From positions 40,240,001 to 40,304,000 of the forward strand of contig NC_086108.1 of assembly GCF_963921235.1 (NCBI RefSeq): DNA of 64,000 nucleotides, in the 5' to 3' direction. The notes beneath the pieces were generated by a model. The model was given only the letters and a program-made list of their open reading frames with translations. It was not told where the DNA came from and searched no databases. The position numbers and the translations under genes were made by a program. This stretch comes from Mobula hypostoma (taxonomy: Eukaryota). Below, in pieces: positions 60,601 through 64,000 of the stretch. Position 1 is the stretch's first letter. Each line of letters opens with the position of its first letter.

Positions 60601-61492
60601 CTGCTAGTGTCGGGGCCAGCAGGCTCTGGGGTCTGAAGATATATGATCTTGCGATCCTTGCCTAACATGACAAAGTCAAAAAAAAGGGCGATTGCAGGCA
60701 TGGAAACAATGGAGGATGAAATAACGGGCAGGTCCATTACAGGCGGCGAAGGAAGTGTCCTGAAGGTGTGGAAGGGTCTGGGATAAGGACGCCAAGAACC
60801 TCCTCATGGCGGAGAGGGTCGCCGTCAGAGCTTGATGGGAGAAGCGATGGGAGGCAGAGTCAATAAAATATGAGTACCTGGGATCCTCAGAAGTTTGAGT
60901 CTGAGTCAAAATGTGGTGGAAAAGTTAAAGGGCCGAAGAAATTATAGATGGGGAGCAGTGAGAGATGGTTTCACTGAACTCCTGTTGAAGAGAAGGTTTA
61001 AACTTCTTCAGTGTAGGCATCACTGGAAGAGGCTTCACTGTAGTGAATTTAAAAATGCAAACATGAGGAAATCTGCAGATGCTGGAATTTCAAGCAACAC
61101 ACATAAAAAATGCTGGTGAACGCAGCAGGCCAGGTAGCATGTATAGGAAGAGGTATAGTCGACGTTCTGGGCCAAAACCCTTCGTCAGGACTAACTGAAA
61201 GAAGAGATAGTAAAATATTTGAGAGGGGGAGGGGGAGATCAGAAATGATAGGAGAAGACAGAAGGGGGAAGATGGAGCCAAGAGCTGTGGCAAAAGGGAT
61301 ATGAGAGGATCATGTGATGGGAGGCCTAGGGAGAAAGAAAGGTGGAGGGGGGAAGCCCAGAGGATGGGCAAGGAGTATAGTGAGAGGGACAGAGGGAGAA
61401 AAAGGAGAGAGAAAAAAAATTAATAATAATAAATAAATGACGGATGGGGTACAGAGGGGAGGTGGGGCATCAACAGAAGTTAGAGAAATCAA
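57660..61492 (-). mobile_element. Near full-length Penelope-like retroelement (Neptune-type RT plus GIY-YIG) with directly repeated pseudo-LTRs, inactivated by stops and frameshifts
   Basis: The ORF probably runs from ATG 61020 to stop 58055: 'VLSKGLTFVP', 'KPTEKGGAVAVW', 'YVRDTSHAL', 'MGTSMGPSYACLFVG', 'CYINDC' (RYIDD site), linker 'PCKQNKCYTCP', and GIY-YIG 'VIYCVRCSRCGLLYNGE..RRLGDHFAEH'. The pLTRs ~57660-58078 and ~61057-61492 each carry a mutated hammerhead. Confidence 0.95.
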
Positions 61493-62559
61493 CTTCTCTG
61501 TTTTACTTAATCACTTTATATAATTTATTGCCAATGTTAGTTAATTATTTGCTGCTGAGATGTCTTCAAAATGCAGTATTTAAACTGGTTTGCAAATACT
61601 GCTAAAGTTGCATTAATGCATTGTATAATTTGTATTGTACCTATGAACTGTTTTCCATTTAGCCATTTAGGAACATGAATTTTTAGGATTTCATGGCATG
61701 GATCACAATGGTGACAAATATTATCACAAATGTACAAAATACCACTTGCGTTCTTAATGTTAAATAGGGGATCAATACATTTACAATCTTAAAACACAAG
61801 ATTAATTGTTTGGACTAAGCCTATCTTAATTCTTAAGAGATACTTTGACAAATTTTTGGATTCTCAAAATGCTTTTGGTTTATCTTGCCTGAAATTGCAG
61901 CTCAGCTTTGTTAAAAATTAAAATTAAAGACCTTTGAACAAAAACCATTAAGCCATTGGTTTACTTAGGAAAAGTTCTTGGCCGGTGTGGACATGATATT
62001 ACAAAATAATTCATCATCAAATTGATCCAAGATTGGAGTTCAAAGTATTGGTTATTGTATTATAGCACAGGTTAGGAAATGAAATAATAATTTGTGGGCA
62101 GTCCCTGTGCTCCCTGCCATTTAGTTAGCTAGGAAATTATGCAATATTTAGACATGCCAAAAGTGGATATTAGTCAGCTAGCTCAAAAGTAATGTCACAA
62201 TATTCACACTGTAGAATTTAAAGGTAACATCAATCTGTTCAGCACAAAGACTTTGAAATGGTTGAGAACTTGTGAATCCCCTTACGTGAAAATGACTGTG
62301 AGGTCCTAATCTTCATTTTTAGACACCCTTGCACCAAAACTAATCTTGATAAGTATTTTCTCTGAAGTCTGTGACATCCAAATACAAGTTTAATCACATA
62401 GTGGTTCATTGGATGCAGAAATATTTCTAAAATTTATGTTGCAAAATGCCACATATCCTGTGCTATTTCACAAGTTCTGACACCCGTGCGATGCCATTTT
62501 GTTTAGATTTTTACTTCTCTATTTCAAAGCCATTTTTCCACATCCGTTTAAGACCCAAT

Positions 62560-63290
62560 CTCGTGTACCGCTGACCATGAAATTTGACAATACATTTATT
62601 CTAAGGCCATTTTCAAATATCCTGTTAATCCCACATTTGGAGATAACATTTCTTGGTGCAGGTACTTGTTCTTCCACCTGCTTCTGCAACAAAGTACCCT
62701 AACTGGCTTGGCTTTACTGTTTACTAGAAAAATATCCATTTGCAAGAAATGTATATAATCTAAGTGATGAAATTTTGTTACATTCTGAGATGTGGAGGAT
62801 CTGGGTGTTCTGGCCACTGTTTGCAAAAAAGATTAATTACATACACTACAAGTAAATAGGAAAAATAGCAATGCTTGTCGCAAGGGGGATTGAATCTAAA
62901 GGTAGTGAAGTTATTCTTGAGTTCTGTAGAGCAGAAGAAAATCAAAAATGAATTACTGTGTGCAGTGTTGGTCTCCTTATTTCAGCAAGTATGTCAATAT
63001 ATATTGAAGCATGTAACTTCCTAAGGGATCTTGACAGAATATATAAGGAATGGATGTTGCCTCTAGAAAGCAAATCCAGAATTAGTAGACATTGTTTAAA
63101 ATAAGAGGTCACACTTTTAAGACAACTGAGGTGAATTCTTTTCCACCATATGGTCATGAGTCTTTGGAATTCTTATTTACAATGGGAAACAGAGTCTTTG
63201 AATGCTTTTAAGGCAGGGATAGATTGAATGATGGAGCAATCTTAAGGGTTTAAGTGACCTAAACCTGCTTTTAAAGTGTGTTCTTGTTGT
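62560..63290 (+). mobile_element. Old CR1 RT and 3'-end remnant
   Basis: 'gaggatctgggtgttctgg', 'tactgtgtgcagtgttggtctccttattt' (YCVQ.WSPY) and 'tgagtctttggaattctt'. Confidence 0.65.
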
Positions 63291-63339
63291 TATATTTGGA
63301 CTGAAGGCAGAAGTTTACTTTGGTTAGATTAACATCCTA

Positions 63340-63866
63340 CACTTAATGGCCACTCTGTTATGTACACCTGTACACCTGGTTGTTAATGCAAATATCTAAT
63401 TAGCCAATCATGTGGCAACAACTCAATGCATAAAAGCATGCAGACGTGATCGAGAATTTCGGTTGTTGTTCAAACCAAACATCAGAATGGGGAAGAAAAG
63501 TGATCTGAATTACTTGACGGTGGAATGATTATTGGTGCTATATGGGTGGTTTGAGTTCTCAGAAACCGCTGATCTCCTGGGATTTTCAGGCACAGCGGTA
63601 TCTAGGGTTTACAGAGACTGGTGTGGAAAACAAAAAATATCTAGTGAACGGCAGTTCTGTGGGCAAAAATGCCTTGCTAATGAAAGGGAAAATGACCAGA
63701 CTTGTTCAAGCTGACAGGAAGGCAACAGTAACTCAAATAACCATGCATTACAATAGTGATACACAGAAGAGCATCTCTGAATGCACAACATGTCGAACCT
63801 TGAGGTGGATGGGCTACACTAGCAGAACACCATGAATGTACAGTCAGTAGCCACTTTATTAGGTAC
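63340..63866 (+). mobile_element. Second copy of the non-autonomous Tc1 derivative
   Basis: TIR at 63340, 'ETADLLGFS..VSRVYR' and 'MTRLVQADRKATVTQIT..ISECTTCRTLRWMGYTSRTP', then a same-orientation TIR at 63841-63866. Confidence 0.85.
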
Positions 63867-64000
63867 CCTTCTATTTTAGTAAGTTAATTAATTAAGAGCT
63901 GTCGCACTGAATATTGATTTTTTTCTTTACAATTATTGGATTGGTTAGGAAAATGAATAAAAATGAACATTTCATTATAATTATCAAAGAAACTTCAGAG

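Noticed and set aside
60960..61015. Possible extra hammerhead (CUGAAGA...GAAAC) on the minus strand
   Set aside because: No stem II closes directly between the motifs, and there is no stem I/III with a cleavage triplet; the segment reads better as the start of the element's ORF.
58055..61020. Recoding (e.g. selenocysteine) to explain stops in the Penelope-like ORF
   Set aside because: The disruptions include frameshifts, TAA stops and a catalytic-site change (YIND for YIDD), which is consistent with neutral decay.

Overview
This is eukaryotic, repeat-rich vertebrate DNA, most likely from a cartilaginous fish and probably a ray. That is inferred from the repeat spectrum: CR1 LINEs, HE1/V-SINE-like and SacSINE1/Deu-like SINEs, Rex/Babar LINEs and abundant Penelope-like elements. 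There are no prokaryotic genes, no CRISPR array and no intact long ORF; most ORF-track entries are transposon debris or chance ORFs. The only convincing host-gene piece is a signal-peptide exon at 21619-21744 (+, MGKFACLKYLALAAALFGATVEAQ|G, phase-1 donor) in a CpG-enriched, transposon-poor island. I found no further exon by eye, so the remaining 42 kb is probably one large intron. The most striking structure is a Penelope-like (Neptune-type) retroelement system: a near full-length decayed RT plus GIY-YIG copy with tandem pseudo-LTRs (57660-61492), and about ten short derivatives. These carry a minimal type-I hammerhead ribozyme motif. Two identical intact copies lie at 29046-29081 and 47429-47464, both on the sense strand of the putative intron. 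The derivatives include a 144-bp insertion with a 13-bp TSD and two hairpin micro-insertions with ~15-bp TSDs. The window also holds a Mag-like Gypsy LTR element nested in a Rex LINE, a near full-length CR1, Tc1 relics (one family ends in a TIR-TIR palindrome), a PIF/Harbinger transposase fossil missed by the ORF track, a bipartite RTE-like element and a young tRNA-derived SINE. All family calls come from motifs recognised by eye; boundaries of old repeats are approximate.
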